A DNA stretch of 64,000 nt from Candidatus Falkowbacteria bacterium. GTDB lineage: Bacteria > Patescibacteriota > Patescibacteriia > Patescibacteriales > GWE2-39-37. The notes beneath the pieces were generated by a model. The model had not been told where the DNA came from. It did no database searches and saw only the letters and a program-made list of their open reading frames with translations. Below, in pieces: positions 1 to 9,638 of this stretch; the first letter of the stretch is position 1, and every line of letters begins with the position of its first letter. The position numbers were made by a program, and so were the translations under genes. The stretch is taken from assembly GCA_013336275.1 (NCBI GenBank), contig JAAXUA010000003.1, positions 66,698 through 130,697 of the forward strand, read 5' to 3'.

Positions 1-1
1 A

Positions 2-874
2 ATCTTTTTCTTGGCGCTAGCTGCGTTGCTCGTATTTCCTGCAGTTGCCCAGGCAGCTGAAGCCCGGATATTCTTATCCTCAGGAGCGGGCGCCTACCCT
101 GCCAACAAAGACCTGACCACCCGGCTCATGATTAATAGCGGGGGCGGGGCTGGTATCAACGCTGCCGAGGGCGTCATAAAATTCGACCCGAAAAAAATTA
201 AGGTCAAGAAAATAATAAAAGACGGCTCGATCTTCGACCTTTGGGCGAAGCAGCCGGCCATAGACAACCAAAAAGGGGAAATCACCTTCAGTGGCGGCAC
301 CACCAAGGCCTTTACCGGTTCGCTCGGCCTTATTTTTAAAGTTCAGTTCTCCGCGTTATCTTCAGGCAGCCATTCGCTCGAGATGTCCACTAGCACAACC
401 ATGGCCCTGGCAGCGAACGGGCTGGCTGAAAATATCACCAAGGACGTCGATGGCGGTGATTATATATTCGGCAACACAGCCGTCATCTCAGATGCGGAAA
501 AAATACGCAACAAGATGGTTGGGCGCATCCTTCTGCAAGTAGAGAAGTCCGGCCGCTCATGGTATGTCTTCCCAGGAGACCGCATGCGTTATTTCTTAGG
601 ACGTCCGGCTGACGCCTTCAATCTGATGCGGAAGCTGGGTCTTGGAGTTAATCACGCCTATATCAAAAAATACGAAAACGGAATCTTCCCCTCTGCAGTT
701 TCAGGCAAGATCTTGCTTGATGTTGAGGATAGCGGCAAAGCCTACTACATCAATCCGACCGACAAAAAAGCTTACTATCTTGGCCGGCCGGCCGACGCCT
801 TCCAGGTAATGAGAAAGCTCGGCTTGGGCATATCGAACGACTTGATAAAAAAGATTCCAGATTGGGCAATCTGA
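2..874 (+). CDS. Secreted cohesin-like domain protein with two C-terminal ~43-aa GRPADAF repeats; 5' end probably outside the window
   Basis: The frame is open to the window edge. The N-terminus is hydrophobic and signal-like, ending AVAQA. A beta-rich region resembles cohesin modules. Tandem repeats GRILLQVEKSGRSWYV..RYFLGRPADAFNLMRKLGLG lie at aa 171-213 and 232-274. Confidence 0.6.
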   Translation: MFFLALAALLVFPAVAQAAEARIFLSSGAGAYPANKDLTTRLMINSGGGAGINAAEGVIKFDPKKIKVKKIIKDGSIFDLWAKQPAIDNQKGEITFSGGTTKAFTGSLGLIFKVQFSALSSGSHSLEMSTSTTMALAANGLAENITKDVDGGDYIFGNTAVISDAEKIRNKMVGRILLQVEKSGRSWYVFPGDRMRYFLGRPADAFNLMRKLGLGVNHAYIKKYENGIFPSAVSGKILLDVEDSGKAYYINPTDKKAYYLGRPADAFQVMRKLGLGISNDLIKKIPDWAI

Positions 875-902
875 ATATTCATCACAAACACCAATTTTTA
901 TA

Positions 903-936
903 CCAAAAACACCCCGCGCAAGTGAGGTGTTTTTGG
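903..936 (+). terminator. Rho-independent terminator hairpin (CCAAAAACACC / GGTGTTTTTGG arms)
   Basis: An 11-bp stem (903-913 pairing with 926-936) carries A and T tracts and lies directly after the stop at 874. Confidence 0.6.
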
Positions 937-1069
937 TATAAAACTTAAGCCTTAGCCGCTAAGCGGCTTTGCTCTAAACAAACGCCTCATCTGAAACAGG
1001 CTCGCCTATGCTGTAAGCGGTCGATTATTCTTGCCATATTGTTTTGATTAGTGCATTAGCCGAGATGTT

Positions 1070-1085
1070 TGTTATAATGTCCGTA
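1070..1085 (+). promoter_or_regulatory. Extended -10 promoter (TGtTATAAT) giving a probably leaderless mRNA
   Basis: TATAAT lies at 1073-1078 with TG at 1070-1071. The ATG at 1085 lies 7 nt downstream of the hexamer and no SD is visible. Confidence 0.35.
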
Positions 1086-1855
1086 TGCAAAATGATCACC
1101 TGCGCCGAAAATTGTATTTTTTGATTATTTACAATTTGGCGGCAAATTCGATAGTCTATTTTTTAAAGCCTCTTTATCTCTGGTCACTGGTTATCGTAGT
1201 CGTGCTCCCCAGCTTGATTGCTTCCTACTGGCTCAAGCACAATCGAAAAAAAATCTTCTACTTCTCGCTCTTGAGCACTTTATTATTCGCTCCCCCGGCC
1301 GAGCTCATGGCCAGACTGGCGAATGCGTGGGATGTGCAATCAATATTCCCGAGGGTTTTTGGATACATTCCCCTTGAGAATATCTTTTTTGCATTTTTCA
1401 ATTTTCATTGGGTCCTGACATTTTACGAGCTTTTCGTAGTGAAAACTGGCGTCAGAAAAATGAGCAAAAGGTTTTTTTGGCTTTTTCTCATCTACGCGAT
1501 GCTTAGCATCGTGGTTTATTCGCTTTACTTCATTGACCCCAGCTACATTACCACTCCCTATCACATTTTGGCCATACCAATGCTATTGATACCATTCATG
1601 GCCATCATGAAATTGAGGCCCATCAGCCATGACAAGCTGATTTTGCCGACGATTTTTTTCGCTTATATCTTTTTCACCTTTGAGACAGTGGCCCTGCAAG
1701 TAGGCAACTGGTGGTGGCCGAGCAATTACCTGCTGCCGATCAATCTGTTCGGCAGAGTCTTCCCCTTGGACGACGTTATTATCTGGTATTTTCTCTCGAC
1801 GCCCACACTTATTCTCGGTTATGAGTATTTTTCCAATGACCAAGAGCAGGCCTAG
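1085..1855 (+). CDS. Polytopic membrane protein, lycopene-cyclase-domain-like
   Basis: Multiple hydrophobic helices. Two half-repeats carry PxE/D-type motifs (GYIPLENIFFAF and RVFPLDDVIIWYF), as in CrtYc/d-type cyclase domains. Confidence 0.45.
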   Translation: MQNDHLRRKLYFLIIYNLAANSIVYFLKPLYLWSLVIVVVLPSLIASYWLKHNRKKIFYFSLLSTLLFAPPAELMARLANAWDVQSIFPRVFGYIPLENIFFAFFNFHWVLTFYELFVVKTGVRKMSKRFFWLFLIYAMLSIVVYSLYFIDPSYITTPYHILAIPMLLIPFMAIMKLRPISHDKLILPTIFFAYIFFTFETVALQVGNWWWPSNYLLPINLFGRVFPLDDVIIWYFLSTPTLILGYEYFSNDQEQA

Positions 1856-1878
1856 CCTGCTCTTGGTCACGCTGTTTG

Positions 1879-2904
1879 CTAGTAGATAGGAGTTGCGATA
1901 TAGGTCAAGGTATTGTAGTAGTCACCTGCTTCCTGCAGGGGGCTCACCTGGATACGATAAGCGACTTCGGTGTAGCCTTTGTCAGGTGCGACGCCGTCAG
2001 ACGGACCGGAGTGGAACATGATTTCCACCGGGGTAGTGCTGGCGAAGCCCCTCCACAAATCAGTTCCGAAGGTATTGCCGGCGGCCAGGTCAGTATCCTC
2101 GGAAGTGAAGCCGAAATGACCATAGGTCCACTCGTTATCAAGAGCGTTGGCCGGAGACTGCCAAGCCTGAGGAGCTGTCGAGGTGCCGTCGAGGAAAGAA
2201 TCGATATCAGACCCGGTATTGCTAGTCAGATTCTGGTCCTGCTCGACCGTAACGGCATATCCGTTATCTGCATTAGTGATGACGCTCAATGATTGTCCCA
2301 TCACCGTAGAGGTGCCGACAGTCAAGACATCGAAAGCCAGAGAAGAAGTTGCCGAAGTCCTGGTCGTAGAAAAACCGTTAACGTCCGTGCCCGCGTCAAG
2401 CGGAGAAATGACGAATTGCAGGGTTGAAGCAACGGTTGCTGAAACGTCGACATTGTCAACGATAGCTACCATGGTATATGCCTGCTCAATAATGGCATTG
2501 CCAGAAGTCCTGGTTGTGACATTGATCAGGTATGAACCGATTGTCGCCGGATTTGAAACCGAAGCGATTGTGATGTTCTTAGTACCAGTGGCCACGCCGG
2601 CATTTGCAGTACAAATGACGGTCGAGGTACCGTTAACGCTGGAATCAGTATTTGCGGGGCAGGTCACGTTACCCACCAAGGCGCCGCTGGTAAAGGCTGC
2701 CGGCAGAACAACACTGATATAGTCGCCAGCCACCAAGGCGACATTGTTTGTAAAAGTAAGGTTGTGGGTGGCACTAACACTCTTGTCGGAGTCGCTTAGG
2801 CGATCCTTAATGAAAGTTAGCGAGGCTGCTTGTGCGGGGCTGATAAGCCCGTTGGTTGCGATCATTGACACGATTGCCATGACGCATAGGATTTTTTTTG
2901 TCAT
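1879..2904 (-). CDS. Secreted Thr/Ser/Asn-rich beta protein of unknown function, possibly a surface or fimbrial-type subunit
   Basis: Signal peptide MTKKILCVMAIVSMIATNGLISPAQA. The composition is low in charge and rich in beta-formers. The C-terminal motif AGDYYNTLTYIATPIY resembles surface or fimbrial subunit termini. It is the last gene of a three-gene minus-strand unit. Confidence 0.55.
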   Translation of the reverse strand: MTKKILCVMAIVSMIATNGLISPAQAASLTFIKDRLSDSDKSVSATHNLTFTNNVALVAGDYISVVLPAAFTSGALVGNVTCPANTDSSVNGTSTVICTANAGVATGTKNITIASVSNPATIGSYLINVTTRTSGNAIIEQAYTMVAIVDNVDVSATVASTLQFVISPLDAGTDVNGFSTTRTSATSSLAFDVLTVGTSTVMGQSLSVITNADNGYAVTVEQDQNLTSNTGSDIDSFLDGTSTAPQAWQSPANALDNEWTYGHFGFTSEDTDLAAGNTFGTDLWRGFASTTPVEIMFHSGPSDGVAPDKGYTEVAYRIQVSPLQEAGDYYNTLTYIATPIY

Positions 2905-2931
2905 ACGTTTGTTTTAGTTTTTGTTTTTATG

Positions 2932-4308
2932 TTAATTTTTTATAATAGGGAAGCTGATTGTGATCTGGGTACCGACTTTTTCTATCGAATCTATGGTTAT
3001 TTCACCTCCTTGCATGGTTATGAGCTGTTTGGTAATCCACAAGCCTAGTCCGGTTCCTGTAATATTGCTGGTTTCTTCAGTCTGAATCCTATAAAACTTC
3101 TCGAAGAGACGTTCCCTGGCCTTGGCCGACATGCCAAGTCCCGTGTCTTTTATCTTTATTTCTAGCCTTTGATTTTTTTCCTCGGTCATTACCTCAACCT
3201 GGCCCTTGGGAGTATACTTGATCGCGTTGCCAACCAGGTTAAATAGTATCTGTTTAAAACGTTCCGAATCTATACTGATCAATGGCAACTCTTCTTTGTG
3301 CGGCTGATAGACCATAGAGAGCCCCTTTTGCTCGGACTGGACTCTTAGCTCTGCCATCGTTTCCTTGATTACGCTGCTGACGTCGGTCGGTTTAGGCGAC
3401 ATCGCCATGCGTCCCTGCTCGATGCGGCTGACGTTCAATAAGTCATCAACCAGAACGGAAAGGCGATCGGCTGAGCTCTGAACTATGCCCAGGCTCTCTT
3501 TCGCCTTATCACTGATCGGGCCTAAGTCACCCGCCAGAATCATTGAGACGAAACCTCTAATGCCGGTCACCGGCGTGCGCAATTCATGTGAGGCCACGGA
3601 AATGAATTCATCTTTCATCTGGTCTATTTCCTTGATCTTGCGATATAGCGCGGCATATTCGAACAATCTGGTGTTGTTGGCTAGAAGCAAGATTATGATA
3701 AGCACGGTAATCAGAAGTATGACATAGGAACGGATCAAGATGTCTCTGGTCAGCTTATCCATGGCGGCCACTGATATTTTCATTGATAAGAGCATCTGCT
3801 TTGCTCCGGTTGCATCCTTCATCGGCATGATCACCGCCCAGTACCGTGCTGGCTGCTTATCAAACTTGACAACGTTATCAATCGAATTGTTGCTCCCAGA
3901 TGTTGTCAAAAGAGCCACGGGCTTATTTTCCCGCCAAGCCAAGACGTTCACGTTCTCCTTGGTCACTCGACCGACGACGTCCTTATTCAGGCTGGCGACG
4001 ACCTTGAAGTCTTCTCCAGACTGAGTAAGAATATCGGCCGAGACTATCTCATCGTTAAAACGGGAAACTGCCTCAATCTTATTCTGTAACTCGCCGATTT
4101 TATCGAAATTTCCGATCAGGCTGACATTGATTGCATCTCCGATCGAAATCGCCTTGCCTTGCAGATCTTGATCGATCGCCCGCTGGAAGGAGCGAGTGAA
4201 CACGACAGTATTCAAGATTATTGCCAAAGGAATGAACACTATCAGAATAATCGAATAGACGATCTGGTAATTTTTCTTGATGAATTGTAATTTTTCTTTG
4301 GCAGGCAT
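2932..4308 (-). CDS. Sensor histidine kinase (2 TM, extracytoplasmic sensor domain, HisKA, HATPase_c)
   Basis: H-box SHELRTP, N-box LVGNAIKYT, and G-boxes DTGLGM and GTGLGL. Two TM helices flank a ~170-aa loop. Confidence 0.88.
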   Translation of the reverse strand: MPAKEKLQFIKKNYQIVYSIILIVFIPLAIILNTVVFTRSFQRAIDQDLQGKAISIGDAINVSLIGNFDKIGELQNKIEAVSRFNDEIVSADILTQSGEDFKVVASLNKDVVGRVTKENVNVLAWRENKPVALLTTSGSNNSIDNVVKFDKQPARYWAVIMPMKDATGAKQMLLSMKISVAAMDKLTRDILIRSYVILLITVLIIILLLANNTRLFEYAALYRKIKEIDQMKDEFISVASHELRTPVTGIRGFVSMILAGDLGPISDKAKESLGIVQSSADRLSVLVDDLLNVSRIEQGRMAMSPKPTDVSSVIKETMAELRVQSEQKGLSMVYQPHKEELPLISIDSERFKQILFNLVGNAIKYTPKGQVEVMTEEKNQRLEIKIKDTGLGMSAKARERLFEKFYRIQTEETSNITGTGLGLWITKQLITMQGGEITIDSIEKVGTQITISFPIIKN

Positions 4309-4314
4309 ATTTTT

Positions 4315-7209
4315 TTAATTCAAGGCTGTAGCCCGCTTTCCTCTGATATAAAGAAAGAATAGCCCGGCAATAAACAGTATTAGGATCAAGCCAGCTGAAG
4401 CATACCACCACAGCATGGTGTCAGTCTGATTATAAACATTGACGTCGGCCTTCAATAAGTCGTCCTGGCTGACAGCACGAGCTTCGCTGACGAAGAATGA
4501 AAATGGCGCAGATTTAGACTCGATCTTGCCCTGCTCATCGTTCAAGACGACATATGCCTCATGTTTGCCGTCGGTCAAACTCTTATCCAGACTATATGAC
4601 CAGTTGCCCGCTTGGTCGGTCTTGACTGTCACAATTATCGGCAAAGAGCTATAGATAAACAAGCTGAAAACCTGGTTTGGCAGGGCTTTGCCCTCAAGCT
4701 TCACGACGCCCGAGCTGCTGGCATCGCTCTTGATTTCGACTTTCTCCACCTTCAGCAAGTCTGAATCGAACTTGCCTGCCGTCTTCGGCTGTTCGAAGGT
4801 GGCCTTATTCAGCAACGCTTGTTCTGCTGGCTGCAGTTTTCCCGCCAACATGCCGGTGCCAAGGGGGTTGTGCCCGGTTTTGACTTCGTCACCATCGCTG
4901 AAACTGTCGCCATCAGAATCTGCTTTGTCTGCGTCTGTTCCCAGCCGGCTCTCAATATCATCAGAGAGGCCGTCAGAATCTGAATCGATAGACAACACCG
5001 CACTGACGCCCGGTTCGGATTCTTGGCCGTCGCTGGCGGTGGCCAAGACTACCACCCCGACTTTGCCCTGCCTTTTGGAAAACGGGCTGACCGGTAGAAT
5101 AGCATCTTCCAATGCTCCTTCAAGCTGGGTGTAGCCGCCCTTTTCGCTGATGAAAATCTCCGACTTGCTGCTCGTGGCGGCTGGTGACTTTTGATCGCTC
5201 ACGAACTCTATGCTCTTGCCCACGAGCCCGCGGAGAGCTTGGCTGGCAAAATCCAGCTGTGCCTGCGGAATGAACTTATCTACGATCACATTGTTGAAAA
5301 GCTGGCTGCATTTTTCCGCAGTCATCTGTTTGCAAATTGCCGGTTCGCCGAATTTGCTGCGGATCATGGAAATACACTCCTCTTTAGAAGATAGTTTTTC
5401 ATCATGGCAAGCCTGGAGAGCGATGCGGGAGAATCTATAAAGGTCGCAATACTGGGCATCAAATATGCCTAGGTCCTGACATATCGCACTCGTATTCTGC
5501 TTGGCCTCGTAAATTGCTGGTTTTTCAATGACGGAAACCTGAGAAGTTGAAGTGTTGTTTTGGCGTGCCGGGGCCGAAGGTGCAACCGACTTTTCCGTAA
5601 CCGCAGTCGGCGCGGTAACCGGCTTAGCCGGAACAGTGACAGTCGGTTCAACCGGCACTTTGACTGCTTCAACCGGCTTGTTAACGGCTGTGGTGTCTAT
5701 TTTTATCTGCTCTTTCGCGACGATTTCAACTTTGTCGACGACCGGAGTTGCCGTGGCAACCTTGGGTGTGGCGGATGCCGTCACTTCGAAAGCCGCTTTA
5801 TTGATGATATAGATTTTTAATGTCGAGTTGCTATAAAATTTGTTTCCCTGCTCATCATAACCCACTGCCAAAATATTATACGATCCATTCGGCAATGCTG
5901 TCGTGTCCCATTTATACTGCCAATACGCCCTGACTTCATCGAATAGGGCCTGGCCCATGGTCTCCTGCTGGCCGAAACGATCCAGCAAGAATAATACTTT
6001 TTTGACATTGACCGTGGTTTTGGCGAATAAGGGTACGGTACCGGAAGCTATGCCGCCGATTGCTCCTGAACCGATGTTGACCTGGGTGACAACAGCGACT
6101 TCTGAGGTGGTTGCAGTTTTCGGGATGGAAGTCGTGGCCGTCTGTTCCGTAGGCGCGCTTGGCGGCAGAAGCTTAGCTATCATTATCGGCTCCGACAGCA
6201 CCGTCTTGCCGTCTTTTGCCGCTTCGGCTCTGATGGCATAATTATTGGGAGCGACATTCTGTGCGTTCCAAATGAATGAGTAGTTGAAATAGTTTGAACC
6301 CGTAGAAAATACTCCTGGGTATGTCTGGTGCAAACCGGGGCCGTCGACGATGAAACTGACCGAATCGGCAGCGATATTGGTCCTGGCCAATATAGTCCTT
6401 TGGCCCATGGTACTGGTCGGCGCCTCAAGCATCCAGACCTCCAGCCCCGGAACCGGAACCGGTTCGGTCTCAACAATCGGAGTAGTGGTCGGATTGTCGA
6501 CTTCCTGGACTGGCGGCTGGTTATACAGATTCAAAAACATTTCTTTAGTGGCTACGACCGCGCTATTCTTAAGCGCCTTGGCCGTTACCGAATACTGGCC
6601 GTTAGGCAAACCAGCCGTTGCAAACGAAGTCGTATAAACTCCGGATGTTTGCGGCGATACGGAATCCAGCGGCTCGTAAGTCTGGCTAGACACTAAATGA
6701 TAATAAAACTTTACCGATATTGATGTGTCATTTGATTGGACCGATAAAGAAATCGTCCCGCTGACCGTCGAATTGGCAGCGGGTGAGGTGAAATTAAGCG
6801 AGGTCGGCTGGGTTACGGTAAGTGTCTTGGTCGGGGTTACATATACTTCTTGCAGGCTCTCGTTCAATGCGGTCGCCTTAACGGTATACACTCCCGCATC
6901 AAGGGTGTTTACTTGCAAGTGGGCATAATAAGCCAGTGCCGACGATGTCGAGGTCAGGCTCCTTACTAGGACCGAAGAGGAATTAAAAACATCGAACCTA
7001 ACCTTAAAAACATTAACATTCGAATAGGACATCAAAGGGATCTGGCCCGATGTCTGCTCTCCGACATAAACCTGAGAAAGTATTATTTGCTGCTGAAAGC
7101 TTTGAGCATGAGCCCCGTTTGGCAACAAAAAAACCGCCTGACAAAATATCATGACAGCGGTTACTATTTTTTTTGCCAACACGAAGTCGACAACACTATT
7201 CTTGCGCAT
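4315..7209 (-). CDS. 964-aa cell-surface protein with repeated Ig-like modules, a Cys-rich region, acidic Ca-binding (thrombospondin-type-3-like) repeats and a C-terminal TM anchor
   Basis: N-terminal signal ending GAHAQ. Recurrent motifs such as GVYTVKATALNE, GQYSVTAKALKN, NNYAIRAEAAKDG and GSYNILAVGYDEQGN. Acidic repeats DSDSDGLSDDIE and DSDGDSFSDGDE. C-terminal helix WWYASAGLILILFIAGLFFLYIRGKR. Confidence 0.7.
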   Translation of the reverse strand: MRKNSVVDFVLAKKIVTAVMIFCQAVFLLPNGAHAQSFQQQIILSQVYVGEQTSGQIPLMSYSNVNVFKVRFDVFNSSSVLVRSLTSTSSALAYYAHLQVNTLDAGVYTVKATALNESLQEVYVTPTKTLTVTQPTSLNFTSPAANSTVSGTISLSVQSNDTSISVKFYYHLVSSQTYEPLDSVSPQTSGVYTTSFATAGLPNGQYSVTAKALKNSAVVATKEMFLNLYNQPPVQEVDNPTTTPIVETEPVPVPGLEVWMLEAPTSTMGQRTILARTNIAADSVSFIVDGPGLHQTYPGVFSTGSNYFNYSFIWNAQNVAPNNYAIRAEAAKDGKTVLSEPIMIAKLLPPSAPTEQTATTSIPKTATTSEVAVVTQVNIGSGAIGGIASGTVPLFAKTTVNVKKVLFLLDRFGQQETMGQALFDEVRAYWQYKWDTTALPNGSYNILAVGYDEQGNKFYSNSTLKIYIINKAAFEVTASATPKVATATPVVDKVEIVAKEQIKIDTTAVNKPVEAVKVPVEPTVTVPAKPVTAPTAVTEKSVAPSAPARQNNTSTSQVSVIEKPAIYEAKQNTSAICQDLGIFDAQYCDLYRFSRIALQACHDEKLSSKEECISMIRSKFGEPAICKQMTAEKCSQLFNNVIVDKFIPQAQLDFASQALRGLVGKSIEFVSDQKSPAATSSKSEIFISEKGGYTQLEGALEDAILPVSPFSKRQGKVGVVVLATASDGQESEPGVSAVLSIDSDSDGLSDDIESRLGTDADKADSDGDSFSDGDEVKTGHNPLGTGMLAGKLQPAEQALLNKATFEQPKTAGKFDSDLLKVEKVEIKSDASSSGVVKLEGKALPNQVFSLFIYSSLPIIVTVKTDQAGNWSYSLDKSLTDGKHEAYVVLNDEQGKIESKSAPFSFFVSEARAVSQDDLLKADVNVYNQTDTMLWWYASAGLILILFIAGLFFLYIRGKRATALN

Positions 7210-7345
7210 GGGTTTATTTTTATGTTTGTTTTTTGTTTTATATTACCAGTATAGCATAAATTTCGGAAAAAATCAAGACCTTATTTTTGCCAAAATTAGA
7301 GAAGTCTGTTAAATTCAAATTAATTAAACCTAATATAATTTCAAT

Positions 7346-8407
7346 ATGGCATTATCCATCGGAATCGTAGGTCTGCCCAACGTCGGCAAATCAACATTAT
7401 TCAACGCACTGACCAAAAAGGTGGCCGAAGCGGCTAACTACCCCTTTTGTACCATCGAACCCAATGTCGGACTGGTAAAGGTGCCTGATCCCCGCTTGGC
7501 CAAAATGGCTGAAATTTCACATTCAGAGAACATCATACCGACCATCATCGAGTTCGTCGACATCGCCGGAATTGTCAAAGATGCTCACAAAGGCGAGGGT
7601 CTTGGAAACCAATTTCTGTCCCACATCAGGGAATGTGATGCCATCTGCGAGGTTGTGCGCGGCTTCAAGGACGAAAACATCATCCATGTTGCCAATCAAG
7701 TCGACCCGGACGCCGACAAAGAGACGATAAATCTGGAACTGATATTCGCCGATCTGTCTACGGTTGAAAAGCGGCTGGACCGGGCTTCACGTGAGGCAAG
7801 AACTGGCAACAAAGAGATGCTTAAGCTTGCTGAAGTTCTGACCAAAATTAAAAACGCCCTCGACAAAGGTCTGGCGGCCAGGGAAATCGATCTTAACGAA
7901 GAAGAGCAGCTGCTTGTCCGGGAATTGAATCTTTTAACCATCAAGCCCCTTCTTTATGTCCTGAATGTCACTGACGTCTCAGAGGAGCCATTCAGCGTCC
8001 GCGGGGCCACTGTCATCAAGATCAACGCACAGGTTGAGGCCGAAATTGCCGCACTGCCAGAGGATGAGCAGCAGGAATATATGGAAGCTATGGGATTGTC
8101 CGAAAGCGGGCTTGACCGCCTAATCAGAGCGTCATATCAATTGCTAGACCTTCTCACTTTTTTCACCACCGGCCCGATGGAAACTAGGGCCTGGACAGTC
8201 AAGCAAAACAGTCGCGCGCCCCAAGCCGCTGGCGTCATCCATACCGACTTCGAGAAAGGCTTCATCCGAGCCGAAGTGATAGCTTATGACGATTTCATCA
8301 AGGCAGGCGGTGAAGGCAAGGCCAGGGAGCTTGGCGTTATGCGGACTGAAGGTAAAGACTACATAATCAAAGATGGGGATATCTGTCATTTTCTCTTTAA
8401 TCGTTAA
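7346..8407 (+). CDS. ychF: Ribosome-binding ATPase YchF
   Basis: P-loop GLPNVGKSTLFNALT and the YchF C-terminal TGS-like region (TFFTTGPMETRAWT, IHTDFEKGFIRAEV). Confidence 0.95.
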   Translation: MALSIGIVGLPNVGKSTLFNALTKKVAEAANYPFCTIEPNVGLVKVPDPRLAKMAEISHSENIIPTIIEFVDIAGIVKDAHKGEGLGNQFLSHIRECDAICEVVRGFKDENIIHVANQVDPDADKETINLELIFADLSTVEKRLDRASREARTGNKEMLKLAEVLTKIKNALDKGLAAREIDLNEEEQLLVRELNLLTIKPLLYVLNVTDVSEEPFSVRGATVIKINAQVEAEIAALPEDEQQEYMEAMGLSESGLDRLIRASYQLLDLLTFFTTGPMETRAWTVKQNSRAPQAAGVIHTDFEKGFIRAEVIAYDDFIKAGGEGKARELGVMRTEGKDYIIKDGDICHFLFNR

Positions 8408-8438
8408 AAATAGCCCGCGACTGCGGGCTATTTTTTTT
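8406..8438. terminator. Bidirectional terminator hairpin between ychF and the convergent methyltransferase gene
   Basis: TAGCCCGC-GACT-GCGGGCTA flanked by A5 and T8. The minus-strand gene's stop codon lies in the right arm. Confidence 0.7.
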
Positions 8439-9603
8439 CTAGTATAAGAATTTCTCTCCAGACTCGTTGATCGGAGCGACCGTACAAAAGGGTTCGCCGC
8501 TCAGTTAAGCGTAATTTTCCAGACAAAAATTCAGGCAAGGGAGGTATGATCATGTATCCAGAAGCAATTTCTGTGTTCAGCTTTACCGGCTCCTTCTTGT
8601 TCCAAAACACCGGCCAAAGCATCACGATCCTGCCGTCGGGCTTCAATATCTTATACATTTCAGCCAGGCTTGATTTATATAGTGACTCCAAATCTTTAAC
8701 TACGGCCCGAATATCATTGAGCCCTCGCTGCGGGCCAAGATAAGGCTCGGTCACTATGGCATCAACGCTCGCCGCCGGCAAAAACTGAGATACTTTATCG
8801 GCGCTAATATTAGATAATTTTAACTCGAAATTACTATCTGGCGCCTGTTTTTTCAACCAATCCAGGTTCGTTTGCGTATCTGCTATGGCTTTAGGCGAGA
8901 TGTCTGAACCGAACAGTCGCTTAACTCCGAATAACGCAGCTTCGGAAATAACCGTGCCTGAGCCGCAAAAAGGGTCCAAAATCACTGATTTTTCTGAAAC
9001 ATTAGCTAAATTTAACATAATTTGAGCTAATTTTGGTGGCAACATCCCTGAGTGGTCATCGCGTGCTGGGCGACCATAATCACGCCAAGAAAGCTCTTTA
9101 AATGCTTGGACGGCCAACGTCTTGCCTACGGAATATCCGGCACCATCTTTAAAGAACACCATCTCAACGCCCTTGGTTAACAGATCATTCTGCTCCACCA
9201 CGACGCTAGACAAAATCGGTTCCTGACTGACAACCCAACGGCAGGGTACGTCTTGTTCCTTAAGGAACTTTTTATACTCCATGGCCACCGCTTTCAAGCG
9301 GAGGTTGCCGGTGTGATCAGAAAAACCGAAATTATGCCTGGTGCCGGTATTTTTAAAATTACCCTTAAGTATAGACAAAAATTGGCTAGGCTTGGCCCCT
9401 TCTTCAATTACTAAGCCAATTTTAATCGTGCCCCCAAGACGGCGAATCAATTTTTCCGGCGCCATCGGCAAATCACCCTCAAACAAAAGCAAGGACTGCT
9501 CGGGGTATACTCTGACTTTATTGTCGCTAAAATTAGGCAATAACTTTGCTAATTCGGCGACTGAAATGCTGGGGTTGCTGCCCAGAAAGAAAAAATACTG
9601 CAT
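8428..9603 (-). CDS. SAM-dependent RNA/DNA methyltransferase (UPF0020 / Trm11-like)
   Basis: Motif I ILDPFCGSGT and motif IV-like TEPYLGP, with an N-terminal THUMP-like region. Confidence 0.6.
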   Translation of the reverse strand: MQYFFFLGSNPSISVAELAKLLPNFSDNKVRVYPEQSLLLFEGDLPMAPEKLIRRLGGTIKIGLVIEEGAKPSQFLSILKGNFKNTGTRHNFGFSDHTGNLRLKAVAMEYKKFLKEQDVPCRWVVSQEPILSSVVVEQNDLLTKGVEMVFFKDGAGYSVGKTLAVQAFKELSWRDYGRPARDDHSGMLPPKLAQIMLNLANVSEKSVILDPFCGSGTVISEAALFGVKRLFGSDISPKAIADTQTNLDWLKKQAPDSNFELKLSNISADKVSQFLPAASVDAIVTEPYLGPQRGLNDIRAVVKDLESLYKSSLAEMYKILKPDGRIVMLWPVFWNKKEPVKLNTEIASGYMIIPPLPEFLSGKLRLTERRTLLYGRSDQRVWREILILEKK

Positions 9604-9638
9604 AAATTCTTATCAACTCTACCACATTACTCTAGTGC

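Noticed and set aside
1876-2722. Plus-strand ORFs of 138 and 179 aa
   Set aside because: They are antisense to the secreted-protein gene at 1879-2904, which has a clear signal peptide. They have no motifs of their own.
4439-7000. Numerous 60-150-aa ORFs on both strands inside the 964-aa surface-protein gene
   Set aside because: All are nested in or antisense to one long uninterrupted ORF with a signal peptide, a repeat architecture and a C-terminal anchor.
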